A DNA stretch of 63,685 bases, filler included, from Sphacelaria rigidula (GCA_964200075.2; 7 parts of 7 records of this genome joined end to end with filler, not necessarily neighbours in it), one strand, 5' to 3'; counted from the first letter of the whole stretch, positions 10,069 through 24,300 are shown. Notes: a model not told the origin generated them from the sequence alone. Numbers and translations are program-made.

Positions 10069-13000
10069 CTTGGCGAGCGGAGGATCTAGACATCGCACGT
10101 GGAACTTCTTGGAGCACTTCTCGTAGTGACAAGTCGCCATGCCCTTCGCCTTCCCCTTCCTCCTTTCCTTGCTCTCGCCATCGTCATCTTCCAGGAAGCA
10201 CACCCGGCACAGGTTCACCCACGGATCCTGTCACCACAAGTTGGATCATGACGCACATAAATCAAGGCGTTGGGATAGCTCCCCATTGCGAATAGGTATA
10301 CTGTAGATCAGATGATGACATTCATGACTCATATCAACCGCGCTCGCACACGCCTACTCCCCCCCCCCCCCCCTCCCCCCCCCCCACACAAGAATCTTCA
10401 CATAATGTTACGACATGCACAAGCAAGACCAACTCTTGAATCACGTATGAATGCTGACATTGAAGCAGACGATTTCTTACATATTTGTTAATAGAATATT
10501 ATCCAGGGAGCAGAAGCGACGAAAGCGAACACGAATACTTGCCCATGATGCAAAAGACAACAACAACAACAACAAAAATAATGCAAAATGCGCCCATTGT
10601 AGATGATGACCATTGTCACGCCCCGGTGGTCTGATTGTCCGACTGTCACCATTAGGGTCGAGAGAACGTAGGTTCAATCCCCGCCAGATGCGTTGGTTTC
10701 TTTCTTGAATATCTCATTTCCAGCGTCTAGAGCGCCAGGACGTGTGTAGACAAAAACTATATGACTGAGTATGTTTGACGAGAGTGGACGCGGTGCTAAA
10801 GTGCTGACCCAATCCGCGAGATCAAATTGCAAAGTGTGTACCGGAGAGAGATGGGTTGGTCTCTTGAGGCCACAGACTCGTCCAAAGAAGGGAGGGGGGC
10901 TTGGACGGAGACAAAAAAAAAGGGTACGAAATAACAAAAAAAAAAATGAAAATATTAATAATAGGGCCGCTCCTTATAACAGACAAAAACAAAAATCTGG
11001 GAAAGTGCCTCTTTGGAGCTTTTACGTCGTTTTACCTCCGTTGGAGAGAGCTAGGCGGAGTTTGACACCTTAGAATGATCTGCTTTAATTGTTGAGGTGG
11101 TTCCAGGTCATCTTCCCATTCTCCGGTGGCCGCAGTTTTCATGTTGGCCAAACAAGAACTTTTGTCCAAGAATAGTCAAGCACAGAGAGAAATGGCGATT
11201 TTTTCTAGATTTGACTGTTTTTGACCGTTCTTGGACAAAAAATTTCGTTTGGCCAATATAAAAACTGCGCCCACCGGTGAACGGGAAGATGTCCTGGGAC
11301 CGCCTCAACGAGTAGAGCAAGTCATTCCAAGGTGTCAAACTCCGCCTAGCTCTCTTTTAGAGCGTAGAACGACGTAAAAGGTCCTTCAAGGCACTTTTCC
11401 AGATTTTTAGTTTTGTCTGTTGGAAGTAGCGGCCTACTCGTAGTAATAACAACAACAACAAAATAGAATGGACACTATGTGACATGAGCAACAAGCTGCA
11501 CTGTTGTAATGTACTATAATACTACATGAAGCAAAGCAAAGTGTGCGCACAGCGAATCCAGGAGAGTGCGCAATACAAACAAACCACACAAAAAAATGAG
11601 TATGAGAGTATGAGGTGGGTCCGACAAAGACACCGTGCCGTTGGAGGCGAAAACCAACACCTATGGTCACTCGACTCCGCAACGCAGAGCAAGTGCCCTA
11701 TCTCAGCCGCACACACAACAACTATCGTGGCATTGCCCAAGTGTTGTAAACAAACAAACAGTCAAATACAAATGGCAGTTACTGCTACAGCTGCTTGGGG
11801 CGCTCCATCCCCGCTCACAACAATGTGTACGTAGACCACACAACACTACAACACTACGTATAGGGGATTCCCCCAATACGTGGCTCAAAATATATAACGA
11901 CAAACTCCTTCTTGTCATGAATATGCAATGACAACGCAAAGTACCCCACGAAGACAACCTCAAAGAACAAGGAGGGGGGGGGGGGAATAAAGATGCAGAT
12001 AGAGATGAAAATAGAAATACGATGATTACCTTTCGATAACTCAATTCACACAATTACAGTTCACACAACACACACAGACGGAGTCGTAATTCTCCACGTT
12101 GCTCACATCCCTCTCGGCAGAAACCATCTTGCCACCGCCCTCCCCCTCCACATGCCCCCCTCCCTGAGGCCGCTGCTGCTGCACCGACGACTTTTTCTTG
12201 TGAGAATAGCTCATCCTCCGCGGCTTCTTCTTGTGGCTCTTCTTGACAACAACCTTTTCTCCTGTAACGTCTCCAGTCTCCATCTCGCCCGCCGCCACGA
12301 CGCTCTCTTTGTGTATCTTCTCAACATCATACCCCGGCGGCCCGCAATCTTTCCGCTCCTCCACTCCCTTGTCTATTCGCCCTTCCGTCTCCTGCTCCGT
12401 CTTGTGCCCCCCCCCGTCGCATCTCCCCCTTGTCTCCTCAACCCCGTCTCTCCTTCCAGATACGAAGCGTTCCTGGGTCTGGTCGTCACCGACAACATCC
12501 ATCGGATCACCGCCCTTGGATTTCTCCACCCCTCCTCTACCGCCACATTCGGTCGACGCCGTCGGGGGTACTGCGGATCGGCTTTCAGCTTTGGCGGTGT
12601 GATTTTCCTTGCGGGTAGTGCTGTTGGTGCCTTCCGGTGGTACGTCTGCCATCGCCTCGCTCGCATCTCCGTCGGTCGCCTGTTCCGACGATTCCTGCGG
12701 TTCTGGCTCATCGGAGACGTCCGGAGATGCCGACCCTGTCCCGCTTTCCTCCTCTAGGTCGCCGTCGGACTCGGGCCTCTCGGCGTCTTCGATCAATTCT
12801 CGGAGGATAGAGCGGCGCAGGTACCACTCCGCCAGCCGTTGTTTCAGCCTTTCCGTCCAGAAGCTTTTGTTGAAGATGAAGAAGCGCGCGAGAGGGAGAT
12901 GCGGAGAGATAGAGAGGAAAGATGAGAGCGCGACGTGTCCATGGGGGTGGCGGATGGGAGGGGGGTGTACTCAGGATCTTGCGTCCCATGTTCATATGAT

Positions 13001-15252
13001 CATCGGAGCACGCCGGGTTTTCGCCGGACCAGGCTCGCAATCTATCACCAAGCGCGCAGTGCCGTGGTATGCTCGGCGAGTCGCATGAAGCGTGAACTGC
13101 ATCCTGCTGAGATTTTTCCGCCCGAAGCGTACTGACTACCTTGCATTTGGATGACAGCCTACAATGAGTTGCTACATTTTCTGGTATCGCCACTTGCAGA
13201 GAGAGCCACGGCTTTTACACTGCCTCATGGGTGTCGCACCATTTGAACACTGGGTAGTACGATCATCTCCTTTGCGTGGAGTTGAGGTTCTCCCAACCAG
13301 CACAAGGTGATCTAGCTCGACCATCGTCATGGTTACCGCAAAAAAATACGCAAGCCCGAAAAATACCCGGCAACCTGGTTGCCTAGCTTACGCGGTGAGT
13401 GGCGTGTTTTACAGCGTCATTGTCACCCAACGCCAACCTCATAGGGGGGTCCGCCCACTTCATTAGGCGGGACGAAGCACGCCGGGTTTCTCTGGACCAG
13501 GCTCGGGGTGGAGGATAGGAGGGAGTGGGAGGCGGGGGAGGGAATTGGTGGCGAGGCCAAACGCCGCACGATCAATTTCAAACGTTTCTTCACTTTCCTT
13601 CGTTTTCGTGTGAGGGTGCGTTGGCTGCTGTATCTCGAGTACAAAAGTAGGTCGGTGTAGGAGAAATACAGCGGTTGCAATATCAAGACGCCAGGAACGT
13701 GCGACGTGATGTTGTTACCACGATAGGTTTGATGTGTCTGCACCACCGACCACAGCACAGCTACCGCAACAATGTTCCCGGCGGCGATTTCCCGGACCCC
13801 AACCGGTGGTGGGTCCTACTCCGCCTGGGATGTACGAACCTGTACGGGAACTTATCCTCCCCCACTCGCATAGCCTTGAGCTCCTTGCGCGAAGCGAGGA
13901 GACGAGCATGGATCATGCCCAACAAAGAGCTCTCCATCGGGCGGGGGGAAGCGACTGCCTGCTCCAGCTCTCTCATCCGCACCTCGTAGTTGCGGCCGAA
14001 TCTGATTGAGGGCGAACGCCACGACCGTTTAAGCATTATGACTCATGAAGTGTTTTCGAATAGACTCCCTGTATCTTCCCCCCGATCGATGTCAACTTCA
14101 CATGGAGAGCTCAAGAAGTGGAAAGGGGAGATAAGTACAAGCGCTGCGTTTCCCAAACCATCTGCCTGCCTGCTGTCAATACATCACCCGAGCAAGGGCG
14201 GGGCCACGAGGACAATGATCCCGCAGACAAGCTACATGGAAAATGAAGTGCAGCAATTCATCGTTTCAGTACGTATCAATACACACCTCAGGACAGGCAG
14301 AGCTGCGTTGATAAAAACGCCCACCGATATCAACTCTCGTCCTCCGATAACTGGCCAGCCGGCATATTTGAACCGGTACGGGGGAGGGGGCGGCGGGGGC
14401 GGCGGGGGCTGCGGAGGTCCCGCTTTCTTGGGCGCTTTTGTCTTCTTGGCCGAAGCCTTTTTCTCGCTGGTAGAGACGCCGGGGATACCGGCACCCTTTC
14501 CACCGCCTTTTGCAGGCGGCGGCGGAGGGGTTACCGGTAGCTTGATAAGTCTGGATTTCGTTGATGGGCCTGCTTTGAAGACGTCCGGCGCGTTTCTGCG
14601 TCGCGGAGAGAAAAATGCCACCATTAGTGCATTCAATAATAGCAACAAAAGGTTGGAGGAAGAAATCGGGATCACGAGAAGAAAGGTAGACACAATAATA
14701 GGCCGGTGGCTCAACAAAAGAAGGTCATCTACATTCTCTTTCGTTGGGTAGTCAAGGTTCGCCGGTTGTGTCATGACACGTCACGAAGGGTGTGGTCTGT
14801 GGCACAAGCAGGCAGGACGGTGGCGGAAATTCGAATGTTCCATGCTCACACTACAGACAGTATGAAGGAGAGTGAACGCTCCTTGTATCCAGCAAGCGGT
14901 CCCTTCCTACAGTCAAATTCCGCAAGACATTCAGGGTGTTGCGTTCAACAGCTACCCGGAGGTTGCTGGCGACGGGAGTCTTGAAACAGAAAATGACGTC
15001 GATGTAACAGGTGTCTACTGCTCCTCTCCACACGGAAACATTCAACACAGCCGACATGATTACGAACAAACTGAATTGTTTGCTGATCGACAGCTAGTGA
15101 TTGATCCGCACCTACATCAAAGTACAAAATGCATATATCGCGTTGTGTGGGACAGCACACAAGATGCACATGCTAGTATAGTACAGGACTAGTGGCGTAT
15201 TCTGCGAACAACCCCCTCCATAGTAGATCGCACCAGGGCACCCCACCCCGTT

Positions 15253-15286
<34 letters not shown>

Positions 15287-16064
15287 GCCCTCACCCCCGC
15301 ACATCAACGCGCCCACCATCTCACCTGACCCTCTTCGGATATGCTGAAGCAGGACCTGGTGTCTGTTGTATTCCGGTGCTGCTCTTGCTGCCCTTTGGCG
15401 ACGATGCTGCTGTGTACACCGACAAGCCCCCGCGACTGATAGTCAGCTCCACTCTAGCTCCTCGCTGTGGCTGCAAACGTGACCCAGCCCGCAGCTCCAC
15501 CGATCCCGCAGCTCCGGTCTTCTTGTAACTCTTTTTCGGGGCACCTTCCTTGTCCGCTCCGTCCGCAGCGGCGGCGCCGGCCCCTCTGCCGTCACCTCCT
15601 GAGGGCGAACCGATCACGCTCGCACCACCACCGCTGCCCCCCCCCGCCGCCGCTGCAGCCGCTGCTTCTTTCCGAGCCTTGGAGGGTGGGCGTCCACGCC
15701 TTTTCTTGGTAGGTGGGGCGGTCGTCGGGACGGCGGCGTCAGCGGCAGTGTTGGCGGCGGCACCGGCGGTGGCGGCAGCGAATCCCGCAACCGTGATGTT
15801 GCCGGCTGGCATCTTGCTAGAGGCAGAAGTGGATGCCGATGCCGCAACTGCGGCCTTGCGAGAAGACTTGGCGGCATCAACAACTCGTCTGCCTTCACCA
15901 GCGCCCCGGCTGCTAAGAGAGGAGGATCTCGACAATGGTGTTGCCGCTGACGAAGTAAGGGGTGACGCGTTGGCAGACTTCTTCTTACCGCTGCCCTTCG
16001 GTCGCCCCCTTGGCCGGGGTGTTTTCGGTGTTTTTGGCGCGTTATCGTCTTTCGCATCAGCCAT
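10069..16064 (-). CDS. AT-hook and PHD-finger chromatin protein, 3'-partial; exons 15325-16064, 14287-14595, 13840-14001, 12080-12863, 10069-10227
   Basis: ATG at 16064 (MADAKDDNAPK...). AT-hooks PRPRGRPKG and KKRRGRPPSK. GT-AG junctions are phase-compatible (2,2,2,0), e.g. ...KFPY-S-FWTERLKQRLAEWYLRR... and ENYDS|DPWVNLCRVC...CHYEKCSKKFHVRCLDPPLAK (first six ligands of a PHD C4HC3). The exon with the last two Cys was not found. Confidence 0.85.
10615..10925 (+). mobile_element. tRNA-derived SINE
   Basis: A-box-like TGGTCTGATTG (10627), B-box GGTTCAATCC (10671), A-rich tail. The 3' part is repeated at 24335-24420. Confidence 0.7.
10964..11434. mobile_element. Foldback MITE with ~120-bp imperfect TIRs
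   Basis: GGGCCGCT...AGAGAGCTAGGCGGAGTTTGACACCTT vs AAGGTGTCAAACTCCGCCTAGCTCTCT...AGCGGCC, flanked by TA. Second internal inverted repeat at 11143-11256. Confidence 0.85.
12965..13240 (-). mobile_element. LINE 3'-end fragment (family B) in PHD-gene intron
   Basis: Colinear with 2966-3266; ends GAGTACAC-poly(C). Confidence 0.7.
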
Positions 16065-17261
16065 CTTCTGTGTCGACTTTTGGACTACGCGCAATGCGGA
16101 AATTTCTTTTCACACTATGCACTCTGGAAACCAACGGGGAGAAGATTTCAGCAGGGACAAAAAAGAATTCGCCGCACGATACGATCGGCCTCAAGGGCGT
16201 CAGCACTTCGCGCACTCGCCCGTGGTGGGTGGGTCGAACAAGACAAATTACAACTGAGCTCACAAAAATCCGACGAGGGAGCCGAGTGAGCCAACAAAAA
16301 GCCATGATCCAATGTCGTCCGTGTTCGGCACGTTGTCATTGTGTTTTTTTCCGGGCGTGCAACCCACTGCCATGCTGAAGAACGCCCGAGAAGTACGTAT
16401 ATTTAGCTCACAGAGCAATATCTACAGCAAGCTCTCAAGGGGCTTGATTCCCTCTCCCCCACTGTAAAAGTGACATTTCTATCCTTTTTCTACAGGCGTG
16501 ACGATCTATTCTTGAATTTTTCATAATTTGATTTCGGATCTGAGAAGCCAGCAAGTGTGAAGAGAAACTCAGCAGTTGGCCGTCGGCTTTTCATGCGCAG
16601 CAAGAGTGTCTCGTTCTTGAAAGAGGGTCCTCTTTGGTGTACATCGCGTGTGATGCTGTAAAAGTGATACATCTAAGATCACAACGAAGCAGTGGCTGAG
16701 CGGTTTGGATATAAATAGACGGGAACCCTCTACGGGACGTGGATACGACAGTGCAATCAACACAACGCAGCACGCAGTAGTAGTGTGGTCGGTACCGGTC
16801 AGCAGCTCTATCGTGTCAAAACAGAGTGGATAGGATCGAGTAGCGAGGGTGCTGTGAGTAGACATTATCTGAAAACCTTGGAGGCTTGAGTGGTCTCGGG
16901 AAAAACTGCCGTGATCAACTTCTTCCTTTGCAAGTATGGCTGATTTCGGCTGGCTGTATCAAGATGATCAAGATGATCTGCATCCGGTCAGGTGCGACAG
17001 AACCACGGCGTCCATCCCTTTGATGATCCTGATTTCAAGCATCCTCCACGTGAAATGGCAGTTGTCCGCGGGGGAAAGAGTTTGTGTGGCTTCGACTTGC
17101 TGCTCGATTTTCAATCTTCAAAATTTCAAATATACTCTGCGTAGCGACGTACCGAATACAGTGGGGGTACCCATGTAGTGCCGGTTGCCGAAATACGGTG
17201 TTGCTCCGAAAGAAAATGAAAAAAATCGCCGATTCCCGCGTTCAAATGTTGCACACGTAGG

Positions 17262-17775
17262 ACAGCTCATGAGCTAGCTCATCTGCGGGCGGTAGCTCCC
17301 TTGTTGTCAAACATGTACATGTGAGCTACGTCTCATAGCTCAACACAAGGTAAACGTGCGCTGATCAGCCACGAGTTGGTAGCTCAACCAGGACAAACAT
17401 GCGGCAGCTCATCCAGCTCTCATAGCTCACCCAGGGCGAATATGAGCTGATGAGCTACGGGTCGGTAGCTCACCCAGGGCAAACATGCGGCAGCTCATGC
17501 AGCTCTCATAGCTCACCCAGGACGAAACTGAGCTGATGAGCTACGGGTTGGTAGCTCACCCATCGCAAACGTGCGTAGCTCATGCAGCTCCCATAGGTCA
17601 CTCAGGGCGAATATGAGCTGATGAGCTACGGGTTGATAGCTCACCCAGGGAAAACATATGCGAATGAGCTACGCTCGATAGCTCACCCAAGGCAAACATG
17701 TGTAGCTCACGCAGCTCTTGTAGCTCACCCCAGGGACACATGGTCGTGGCTCACTCACGTCATATGCTTAGCTCG
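17262..17775. repeat. AGCT-rich degenerate tandem repeat, ~86-bp period built from ~30-45-bp subunits
   Basis: AGCTCAT(C/G)CAGCTC(T/C)CATAG recurs at ~17405, 17491 and 17576; TAGCTCACCCAGGG-like motif recurs many times. Confidence 0.85.
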
Positions 17776-18358
17776 CCGCGGGCCAACCCCGTGTCGCTGA
17801 TAATGTATATTCCTGTTCGAACGGTTCGAACGATGGCGCCACATATCATTAGGTTGTTATGTTTTGCCTCACTCTTTGCGATAGGAAGAAAAGAAGCCAA
17901 TACATATCCTCGTTCGCATGGTCGGAGGGTTGAAGAAATTATTCATTTCCAGTGTCTACCATAATCGACCTGTTCATTTCTTTTGATCGGTTGGCCGCGA
18001 GGGTACGAGTCCATCTGGTTATGCATACATTTTTCAAGTGAAATTGGCGCCGATTCAACAGATTCACGGTTAGGACAAATCATCACGAACCAAAATCACC
18101 AAATTCACGATTTCTTCGGCCTGATTNNNNNNNNNNNNNNNNNNNNNNNNNNNNNNNNNNNNNNNNNNNNTTAATTAATTAANNNNNNNNNNNNNNNNNN
18201 NNNNNNNNNNNNNNNNNNNNNNNNNNAAAAAAACGATCGGATGACCCCCCCTTGGTCCTCGGCACCCCTTTTCTCCCACAAAACCATCTTCAAGAAGCGG
18301 GCGCCCCCCCCCCCCCCCCCCCCCCCCGCTGCGTTCGAACGGAGCAGGAGAAAGTGGT

Positions 18359-21300
18359 ATGGAGCTCGCGAGGGGCAGCGCCTGCAGCAGTCGCGGGAAT
18401 GGGACCGATGACGAAGAGGTCCCTGTTGGACCCCTCGACGAGATAGGCGACCTAGACATATCTATTATCGACGGCGAGTTGACCATGGGGGCTGGGGCAA
18501 GGGGAGGAGCGCCCTACGTGAGCGGTGAGGTTGTGGACGGCATTACCGACGACGAACTGCGCTCCGACGCATCGGTTGAAAGCCGCCCCCGTCGCGCTCC
18601 ATGCTCCACTTTCCCGTTCCCCCCTGCAATGGCGCCTTTCAGTACCGCTCCTCTTCCTGTTTCTGAGTCGGAGATGTCGGCGACGGTGGGCCAGGGCGGT
18701 GTCGGACATGGGGATGTTAAACCGCGCCGGCGCGCCCGGAAATCGGGGACGATTGGGACGAGCAGCGACGCTCTGAGCATGTCGGCAGGGGGGACATGTG
18801 CTGGGAGCAGGATGAGCAGCGGCGGCTCGAGCTCCTGCCGCCACGACTGCATCTCGTCTGATCAGATCGGAGGAGAGAGCTACCAAGCTGTTGATGTGTC
18901 GGAGATAGGAGGTAGCGGCAACGGTGATTTTGGTGTTGGTGGATTGGTGAAGATGGCGGGAGTTAAGAGGAGCCGGGTGAATGGCTCCACGCTGGTGAGT
19001 CTCTGCCGTCTTGTTGGGAGTCTTGTTCTGACGGTGGGAAGCTGGAGTCGCGGTGAACAACTGAGAAACGCTTGGAAACTCGAGACTCTCTTGGCGAAAC
19101 GGGAGGAAATTTCATCTCATTGAAAACCGAACGTGAACTTTGAAAACTGAGTGTCCAGTAGAGACAAGCAGAATTCTGTTTCTACAACACTGGAGCAAAT
19201 GGGGCGTGTACTCATGATCTTGCCTGCCGAAGTCACAATATCATCGACCTCACATTCCTAGAAAGCCAGGACGGAGCACACCGGATTTCCCCGCACTAGG
19301 CTGGCATTCACCAGGAATAAAAGGGGGGGGGGGGGGGCGCCCCCATTTTTTTTTTGCCTTGGTTATTTCGGCATTCACCCTCCTACCCTTTCAGACCTAA
19401 ACCCGTCTCTTTCCCTGGTAGGNNNNNNNNNNCCGCACCCCCCCGCCCCGCCGCCGACGGGGGCGAGAGGGGGGGGGGAGGGGGGGGGGGGGGGGGGGGG
19501 CGTCCTCATTTGTTGCTTGCCTTGGTCATTTTGCCATTCACCACGCTCACTTTCAAGACGTAACACCGTTCCTTCTCCTAGTAGGGATACCTCCAATACT
19601 ATAGGCGCCCATTGGGTTCCTTCCATTCTTCACACAAACCCCTCGTACATATCTTATCCCGGTCCTGTTTCGCTGTCTGTGTCCACCATCTATCTCCTAG
19701 TATAGCGATTGTGTTCTCGCTACAGTCTAGTGTACCAAATGATTCCATGCCACCTTCGTTTACTTCCCGCATTTTACCCTCTAACACGTCCCGTTCCTCC
19801 TTGTACACATCGCATTCTGCCATTATATAAGTTCTAATAACTTTTTTTTTGCCATAGGGGCAATTCTGTGCATGTACTTCCTCCCCCATTCGACTACTGG
19901 TATATTTTGTTTTTCTTGCTGGCAGGTCCAAGTCTCCCGCCCGAGATCGCACTTTCAACATTGTCGCGGAGTCCATCGGACCTTGCAGATATGTTTTTCA
20001 TTCCTCTTCTCTCTCTCTATCCCCCATATACCTCCAGGTGCTCCTCCTTGTCTCATTTCCGTCTTAGCCCTTATTTTCCCCTTACTTCGTCATGTCTTAT
20101 AATTTTTTCTTATACCCCCCGCGTACACAGCACGTGGGGGGGGGGGGAGTGTACACATGATCTTGCATGCCGTAGTAATCTGACCATTGACCTCGCATTC
20201 CTAAAAAGCCGGGACGGAGCACGCTGGGTTTTGGTCGGACCGGGCTCAGCAAATGGGTGGGGGGGGAGGGGGGATGGCGTCGTGTAGAGTAGATCCCTGT
20301 GCTTGATGGGCATGATGGGCATTACAGCTCCAAGTGTTTCCCGTTTTTTTATGTGTCCAATACGCAAGTCAGCCCGCTTTTTCATGATGCCCGTCGCGTA
20401 GTGTACCTCATGCTCCGTACGGTGTATGACGTGGTCCTAGCGTGCGTTTCGTCACAAAAAGGGAACATGTGCCGGCCGCCGTCGGCACCGGTCATACGTT
20501 TTCTCATCTTCTCTGGGTCTCTAACTCTCGTCGCCCTTCCCGTTGCTATGTTTGCTTGGACCAAAATAAGAAACCGGGCGGCGTTGACTTTTTATCGTTG
20601 CTATGGATGGTGCATGCCTCGTTCGTGGCGTCTGACCAAACACCACTCATTTGTTGTGTGTGCTTTCGCTTTTCGGCTTATCTTGCCGTTTCCCTCCTCG
20701 CTTTAAATCTGGTTTTTCCTGGAAACAAAACACCAGGGCTTCGATGACAACGATGCCCAGGGAGATGAGAGGAACGACATCAGCTCGGCACCAGGCACTA
20801 ACCTCGAGCCACAGTGAGTAGTACTCTGGTTTCCGTTGATCACATGACGTCGTGTAGAGTCAGAGTTAACACGCAAAACGAAATTATATTTCAAGGCACT
20901 GTTCCACTCACCAGCGAGGACCGTTCTGTCCACCTGCCTTCTCGGATAGCCTGCACTATATTGCTTTTGCTTCGACATACCTTCAATTCTGGGGGGATGA
21001 ACCTGTCTCTCCGTCGGTGGATGCTTAACAGTTTGTCACCGGGGATTGGACTAGTACTATAGCACCCCATCACTTTGCGTCGAATCTTCTGCGTTATTCT
21101 TGTCCCCATGCTTTTAACGATGGAAACCAGATAATGTTCTCGAAGACGGCTTATGTCGGGAATCCAAACCTCATCGTTCCTCCCGAACTGGCTGATAGTG
21201 TATCAGTTAGATTATCACCGTGCGGGGAGAGGTTGAACTGTTGTCTACTGGGTTTTTCCTGGGCGTATTATGCCCTATCTTAAGATGTCTTGCCATCTTA

Positions 21301-24300
21301 TTTCATTATTGTTCACATTTTTGTATGCCCAAGAGTACTTTTTTTCTTTGCAGGGTGGAAATGGTCGTCATATTCGCCACGCGTTTGCCAGCTTCGTGTC
21401 GAGATCGTGCACAGTCGTTGTACTGCAGCAGCATGCTCGACTGAAACGGATACTATCGATCAGCGCGTCTGGTGTTTCTGATTGTTGATGTCCTCCCCTC
21501 CCGCACTCTCCACCGCTTGCGATATGACAACTCATTGCCATCATTCATTTGCGGGCGCGATATCTATGGCGGAGCGTCTATTACACGTTGATCAGACGTT
21601 GCGGATGCTCCCCGACAAAGGATGCCAAACGAAGATTGCTTCAGTATTCTAACACATTATAATTCTTCATGAAGATGGGTATATTTCTGTTGCCGACCCC
21701 CCATCCTCCTTGTCCGGTTGTATCTAATAACACCACGGCACAGTTACAGGTTCCTGTCCGGAGGTCCAACCCACAACCTTGTCTGTCCCAACGCTAGTGG
21801 CAGCACCAACATACCGACAGTGTCCACCAATTCTCCCGGAGGCTACCACGCGTCCAAGGCTCATCTACTGCCCAAAAACCTCACTCATGTGCAGAGGGAG
21901 AAAAGTGACAACGACATTGGCAATGACAGCCGCTGTAGCACGTTCAAGACCTACATCAACCCGCGCGACACCAACCCTTCAGGTGCGTTCAGTTTTCTGT
22001 TTTGTGCTAGCGTATTGTGTCGAGGTATGCATTGCTTGTCTCACATACGACGGAAACGAGCGTGCGTATGTGTATATGTGTTTTTAGTATCCACTATGTG
22101 TAGCACCATGGCAGCGTTCTTCAGTGATGTCTGCGCTGTGCTGCAGTAGTCCGTACTTTCTGTTTTCTGCAAGTACCATGCGTGTATGGAGTGGGTTTTT
22201 ACAGAACTTGATGTTGGGCACTCCCACCCTTCGACGGGCCACTTTTTTTTCTTGCGTCGGGTGCAAATATTCCGCTACTTGTCAAGGACCTAAATTATCA
22301 CAGTTAGAATCCTAAGCATGTACAGAAAACATTGACGTAGATGGATTTGATCCGGAATGCGCGCTTCGACAGGGGGGGGCGAAGTAGCCTTCAAGCAGTA
22401 GTCGTTTCCGGCGGTGTTTCTTCCGTATCTACGACTGTACTATGTTACCCTTTGCCTACTGAAGACTCACGGCCATGTCCCCTGACTCTGACGCGGGTAC
22501 TCCTGATTTTTACCAGCTACTGTATGACAAGTGGGAAGGAAAGAAAAATAGCTCACCTTCCAAGGACAGAATCAACACACTCCCTGCCTAACATGCTCAT
22601 AGATCCTCAGGGAGGGCGTTGGGCGTTGTCTGCCGTGTTCGCCTGTCACATACGAATACCGATGATCCTGGACGTGTGACAGGCAACGTGTATACTGTAC
22701 CCTGTGTGCCTCTGGCATTGTCATGGACATCACCATTTGTGCATGAGGCATCAAAAGGGTACACACCCTTCTCGGGGACGAGTAGTTCTCATCCCCGGAT
22801 GAACCATGCACCTGCTCTCGACAAACGGTTTCACCACTTTTATCACTAGACTCGCGGATTGAATGTCGACTCTGATTCGGCCGTTGAACGTCACGAACTC
22901 AAATAAGAAAAAGGGTGATAACGTGAGCCTGAGTGGTTGAAGCTGAAATGAAGTCGCCGAGTCCCCTCGGCCTAGCCACTGAAGCCTCAAGATGTCGTTT
23001 ACACCGTTTAGTTTGATGCGAATTTCACGGAAGCCAGGTTCACCCGCCCATAGTTTGCGGACGTATGTTCGATTCCAAGGTGGGCATGTGGTTGAAGTGG
23101 CCTGTACCACGTCGAATTAAACGAATAGCATGCGCACGTGGCCGTTTTCCCGTCAACAACGGGCCGTCAGTAGCGACATTCAGCACCATCCACTGAACGT
23201 TGCAATCGGGATACGCTGTTGCGTTCCTTCCTCAAACGCTTACGATGTAAAGGTGCAACGCTGTAGCCTGCGTAACCGTCTCACCTCGTTGTGTGTTTTG
23301 ATTTGGTTCGCCTTGTGTGTAGAATTTGGTGTTCCGTATTCTGACATGCTTTTCTTAACACGCTTTTGTTTTGGTTGGGGTTTTCTGCTTCCCAGCTGCT
23401 TCCTCGTTCGTACCTTGTTTTTGTCCAACTTATACATACCTTGTCTGTTGCTCTAGCTTGTGGGCATGTCACCCCACACGCCTACCGATAGTCATCCCAC
23501 ACCGTTGTTTCGCACCGTTGCTTTTGCCCCACGCTAGCCTCATCCATATCATGGGGTGAGTTGAGTATCTCAGCCCCCACCCATGTAAGGGGTGGGAGGA
23601 CGCGGAAGAGGTATAATGATACTTGTATGTAGTTCCGCCGTGGATCCATTCCAACAAGCTGTACCCACCGCATGCGACAAAATTACCAAGGCGTGCGTGC
23701 ATTACATTTGCAGTCTTCAGGCCCCCGGTTCTCCGACGGGAAGCTGACGATCACAAATCTTCTTCTGTCTACCATGTACGTCTATGTATATATATATATA
23801 TATATACGCATTTCATAGATTGCTCGTTCCGCTATCCAACCAGTTATGTCTCATACCGTCGACGCACCTGTCTGGCCGTGTCATCAACAGTAGGGGTGTT
23901 CTTCAGTCCGGTGGATAGGGAAGAGCCGTGGGGTGGAAGTCAGTCTTCCGACGGGGGAACATCACACAACACCAGCAGCAATGAGGATACCATCGACGTG
24001 GAGGGACTGACACAGGTAGGCACCATGAGCACCATGCGGTACTGCTGTACTGTATCATCTATACAGTAATTTGAAATATGCCCCCCCTCCCCCATTCATA
24101 CAAACGGTTTTGGGAATCCGTTTAGCAGGAATACGATACATGTATCTATATACACACACATATCATGCGTAGGCCATTTTTCGGTCGGCTCGCTTCGATT
24201 TATATTCATGGGTGAACGTGGACTCGTGCCGAGAGGCGAAGGAGGGAAGCGTAAGCTGCTGACGACGACCAATAATTTCGTGTCACCATGTGCGTCTCTC

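Noticed and set aside
10615-10700. tRNA gene
   Set aside because: Only A/B boxes, no cloverleaf; continues into a repeated SINE body.
13423-13758. ORF as an extra exon of the PHD gene (basic RKRRKVKKR stretch)
   Set aside because: It breaks splice phase (ends phase 0, next exon needs phase 2) and contains a family-B LINE fragment at ~13468-13505. Exon 13840-14001 joins 12863 cleanly without it.
16064-18359. Divergent gene pair sharing a bidirectional promoter
   Set aside because: A contig linker at 18127-18226 separates the two genes.
22700-23110. Possible Copia pre-integrase relic (HAHLG on the minus strand)
   Set aside because: Single short motif with no supporting catalytic motifs; too weak to call.
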